Origin: Raillietiella orientalis
Taxonomy: Eukaryota
DNA length: 64,000 bases
Direction of reading: 5' to 3'
NCBI GenBank assembly: GCA_036172245.1
Contig: JAYWIR010000029.1
Span: 1,364,001-1,428,000 of the forward strand
Shown here piece by piece: positions 59,850 to 64,000 of this stretch (its first letter is position 1; every line of letters starts with the position of its first letter). Position numbers and translations under genes: made by a program. The notes under the pieces were generated by a model, which was not told where the DNA came from, searched no databases, and saw only the letters and a list, made by a program, of their open reading frames with translations.

Positions 59850-62300
59850 GCGAGTTCGCCGCGGTCGAGACTGAGTAGCTGTCGCTTCAAGTCTGAAGTC
59901 ATCACCTTGCTTGATCTTGTGCCAGGTGGCGTAGCAGGCCCATGGATATCGGCTGTTGCCTTCAGCACAGAAGCTCCTGAGGGAATGTCCCGTTCCTTTC
60001 GTTTCCTGGTGGAATCCCGGATCTTCGAGGCGGCAGCAAACCTCCTGACTTCATACCAGAAGGGATCAGCTCTTTTCCTGAAGCACTCGAATCCAGGTTG
60101 CAGGGAATGGGGATCCGTCTCGCTTCCTGCGACACGCAGCCACAAGAGGCAACAGTTAGTGCTCTTCTACTATTGCACACACCCTCTTGCGGAAGGCCGT
60201 GACCGCGGGGCTCTCTGCTCTCGCGTCAGCTTTCTCACCGCAGGCGAGCGACGGGTACGGAAACAACCGAAACACATCGGTGGTAGCAACTACCGATGTG
60301 TCTCCACTCGGCCACCAAGACAGCTTCGCGATCCCTTGGGACATGCCGGCGGATGGATCTCCCAGACCTGCTTCTACGGCTCTCTCGGAACCGCCGAAGG
60401 GTGCCTGAGCGGCGCACGTAGAGGAAGGCCCGGATCCAAATCACCTGCAGGAAGAGGAACTTTACAGGGGCGAGTATCCCCTCGGGGTACCAATCTCCCT
60501 CCCGTGCTTGATCTTGCAGCCGATGGGTATTTTCGTGCACGCCTGCGTTTGCTTACCCTGAAACTGACAGACGCGTCCGTCAGGTACTTTGAGTGGTCCT
60601 GCCGAATTTCCGGAAGCAACTTTCAGAGTAAGGAAACCGGCAACTCGTTCCTCCATCAGCGTCAGATTTACCTGGCGCAGCTGAGCTCGAAGCGCTCCCA
60701 GGATAACTAGAGTGTGGTTTGTTCCAGCTGCGGGCAAGACGACCGCGAGCTCCGCCCAATTTCCTTCCACAGTCCGTGTGCTGTTGGAAAAGAGGGGAAA
60801 TGAGTGCAACAGGTGGTGACTACGTATGAGGCAGCGGATCCGTTGTACCACTCTTGAGGCGAAGTCCGGCAGCTCTCGCCGCAGAACGAAGTGGGAGGCC
60901 TGGCGCCGTGGGGGGGTAGGCGTCATAGCAAAGTCGAGAAGGTGGTGGAGGCTGGGGTTGGGAAACGGCGCCAAGAAAGACGCAAAGCCTCGCCAGTTGT
61001 CATCGGGTTTCCGAGTCTTTCATGAAGAATTGACGTTTTCAATGAGGTTGCGGTCACACTGAAGGAGACAAGTGCTAACAACCTGCACCATCTGAAGTAA
61101 GGAAGACAACAGATGTCGCGGCCGTAAGAAACCTTGCTAAAAATAATAATAATAATAATAAAACGGTCTTTTCGGAAGTTCTTATCATTTATTCCGATGC
61201 GCCTTTTCTGATGAATACGAGTTGATGAGGTGTCCACTACAAAACGGACTTATTGGCAAGCTGAAGTGCAAGAGCCCTCTTCAAAGCACGCTGTATGCGT
61301 TTCTCCAGCAAAGGAAAAGAAAAAAACTTTGCTCGTGACGTGCAGCGAGAGCGGAACCAAAAAGAAAAACACTTTTTGGCCATCCGAAACCGCTCGCCGT
61401 TTGGTAACCCTTTTTCAAGGTCACGCGTGCAGCACTTTCGACGATGCTCGGAATCTTCGAAAACCGGAGGTGCCCGTTGCGAAGGAGGGAGAGGAACGCG
61501 CCAGTCGAAACCAGCGCGAAGACGTGGCGGCAAAACGATCCGCTGCCAGCATTTCCTGCGCGCCGAGCCGTTGCCTCGCAACAGCCTGCTCGCGCTTGAG
61601 TGAAGCCCAATTGGCGTGCACTTTGCCCGAAGAGCGCGGTGGTTCTCTTGGTTTCGAAACTCCCGTCCTGTCTGGGGAATGGAAAGTAAACCGCTCAGCA
61701 GTCCCAGTGGGCAGACCCTACCCTTGCAAGTCTTCGGCTCCACGATCGCTTTCGGCGCCGTGCTCTCCGCGGAAGACAGCTGGACCTTCGCGTGCCCCGC
61801 CGCCGCATCGCTTCTCCCATCAGCAGCTGCTGATGAGAAACCACGGAGCGTAACTCGGTAAATAGGGACGTTTCTTGCCGACTGGTTTCGCGAGAACGGG
61901 TGCCGGTGGATGGCACGCAGCGAGGCGACTTCCGCACGGTGGTGGCGCGGCGAGCATTCCTCGGGCGGTCCGGAAGCGCGCTCTTCTCTCGCGCGGACCC
62001 ACGCGAGTGCTGCGATGGCTGGCTGCCGGACGCGGCGACCCAGAATCGTCAGCGATCCGGCGGCTGCTGGACCTGATGGCGGCCATGCCGCCCAGTCCGT
62101 TGGGGATGCCAGCTCGGGCTCCCGAAGGCGTCTTCGAGGGACGCTTCCGAGTTTCGCAGCCCTGCGAACGCGTCCTCCCTTTCTACGGCACAGTCGCCTT
62201 GCTCGCTCCGTTCCCCTCCTCTCGCGTTCTGCCAGCAGCAACGCTTTTTCGACGAGAGAGAACTCTCCCCGAAGCTGGTAAAAAGTTTCCTAACCAGAAT
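59850..62300 (-). mobile_element. Minus-strand L1/Tx1-type fragments: endonuclease and linker (about 59850..60900), linker and RT start (about 61300..62300)
   Basis: REGDWYPEGILAP (GDFN.+L.P); SARRKCWQRIVLPPRLR...PPSQ (DYK+LA.++..RL...Q). Confidence 0.45.
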
Positions 62301-64000
62301 GAACCTTCGTGTTGGCGCAAAGTTTCCAGTGACCTTTGTGGAGAACGCTCTTTTGTGTTGATGGCAATAACTGCGTACAGGATGACGCACTCGAGACGTT
62401 CCTTTCGTTATGGAAGAATCGATAACGACATGTAATGTATGTAATCATGCAATGCCCATGCAGATGGAGCACCAGGGAAGGGGATGCCTCGTCCCGTTCA
62501 AGTCGCACTTGGACTCGCCGATTATCCCGGTTTCTTCCGAGTCGGGATCTTGAGGTGCTCCTAGAAGCTTATAAAAAATTCCCTGGAAGAACTGATGTCA
62601 CCTGCGAGTGCTCTCTCCAGCAGCTCGCGAAACTCGTGTCGTTGGAAAAGCCCCTTTCCCGTGCCCAGCCTGGGGCCTGCATGAGTGGCAAACGAAGTTG
62701 GCGGAGCAATGAAAATAGGGATTCCTTCAGTTCGTTTCTTTCTTCTTCTTCTTTGTTTTGTTCTCTCTTCCTGTAGAATCGCAGGGAGGGAATCGACCTT
62801 ATTTTCCAGAAGAAACTCCGTTCCTTGCGAACAGGAATGATTCGGGTTACAGCAAGGCAGAATCGTGCCAAGCAAAAAAAAAAAAAAAAGTATGGATGTG
62901 CAAATTCGCACGATCAGTTTGCAGTGAAGCTGGGTCCGTCCTGATGAAGTCGATGCAGATGGATCCAATCGGTTTCAAAATAATCCCGGCTGAACCGCCT
63001 GCGTCTCTAATTCTCTGCTTTTACAAAAAAAAAAAAAAAAAATGGAGAGACGGAATCGAAAAACATGGAATTAAAACTTTCATGGATCATGGAGTGCGAA
63101 ACCGATTTCTGAAAGAACTTCGGAAGTTCGAGAACTCCTAATGGATTTCAATGGAGACATTTCATTACAAAATACTTTTGTTGTTGTTGTTGTTTTGTGT
63201 GTGTTCTCTGCTGCATCTTCGCCAGGATGCTGGCAGCAAACAGACAGAGGATCGGACGGAAAGGAACGAAAGGATAGTGAGGAGTTTTGCAAAGTGGAAA
63301 ACTTCTCCTTCAAGTGCTTCATAATAGACAACTGAAGTTGTGCGTCCATGGTGATGAATTTCGCATTCGCTGTGATGGCAGTTTCTTATCATCTTATCTC
63401 CGTAACGCTTGGCTTAGCTTCAGCTAGCAGTGAATGAATGGGAACTGATAATAATAAATTGAGGATTATGATAATAATAATAGAGCTTTAACGGCGCCTT
63501 AATTCAAAAGTCAAGAGATGCCGCTAATTTCTTTTCCACAAAAGTTTATAGTACTACTAAAAGGTCACGCAATCACAAAACAAATAAGCAAGACTTCACA
63601 CTGCTTCTCAGATAAGCAGGATTATTCTTTTTTTAGTTACAATTCGTTATGCGGAGTGAACCACCAACTTGTACTGATCGCGCATAGGCGAAAGGACGCC
63701 ATTTTTATTAAGTTAGCGGCAGCATCTTCATATGTCATCCGGCAAAATGTACCGGTGCTAATCGTTCCGAAACTTGCCGTGGCAAGCAAGGGGTAATGCC
63801 CACGTACTGAGGTGCTGCCACACGGATTCCGTCGGTCCTTGGATCAGTACCAGATCTGTGTGCACTTCGAAGACAAAATGCTTCCTCGAGACAGTGCGGA
63901 AACTTCCTTTGCTCAGTGGATTTTTTTTTAGAGGCACCAGTTTTCCTGGGAAAGGTCGATCTGGTTGACCCCTCCGTTGCATTTTGTGCAGCTCATATCA

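Noticed and set aside
10467..62241. Long ORFs such as 10467..11501, 50161..51093, 56105..57085, 59907..60710 and 61237..62241 as host genes
   Set aside because: Arg/Pro/Ser/Gly-rich translations typical of stop-poor GC-rich DNA. They overlap LINE remnants and have no coherent intact domain.
1..64000. Prokaryotic systems (CRISPR array, operon, retron, defence island), rRNA, or a telomeric (TTAGG)n array
   Set aside because: No regularly spaced repeat-spacer array, dense coding, rRNA-like sequence or tandem TTAGG seen. The window is intron-containing eukaryotic DNA.

Overview
Eukaryotic, repeat-dominated DNA, almost certainly arthropod. The only intact gene I can support is a two-exon Tweedle/DUF243-family secreted cuticular protein: join(53521..53550,54110..55012), + strand, 310 aa, with a TATA box, Inr-like site, GT-AG intron and AATAAA. 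Most of the rest is a mosaic of frameshifted fragments of L1/Tx1-type non-LTR retrotransposons (ORF1-like, APE endonuclease, RT and C-terminal zf-RVT pieces) on both strands. There is also one RLE-type (NeSL/Utopia-like) LINE 3' fragment and a probable tRNA-derived SINE. The most unusual structure is recent sequence identity laid over old decay: (i) a 1,486-bp apparently identical inverted duplication (4633..6118 / 19287..20772); (ii) a 475-bp identical core with shared stop codons inside two otherwise diverged LINE 3' ends (39867..40341 / 44593..45067); (iii) perfect snap-back hairpins and short direct duplications resembling end-joining or template-switch scars; (iv) a conserved structured 3' terminus without a visible poly(A) tail in three LINE copies. 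Nearly all of the ORF track is spurious. I found no evidence for a new multi-gene system. TE boundaries are approximate and were assigned by eye from motif remnants; no searches were run.
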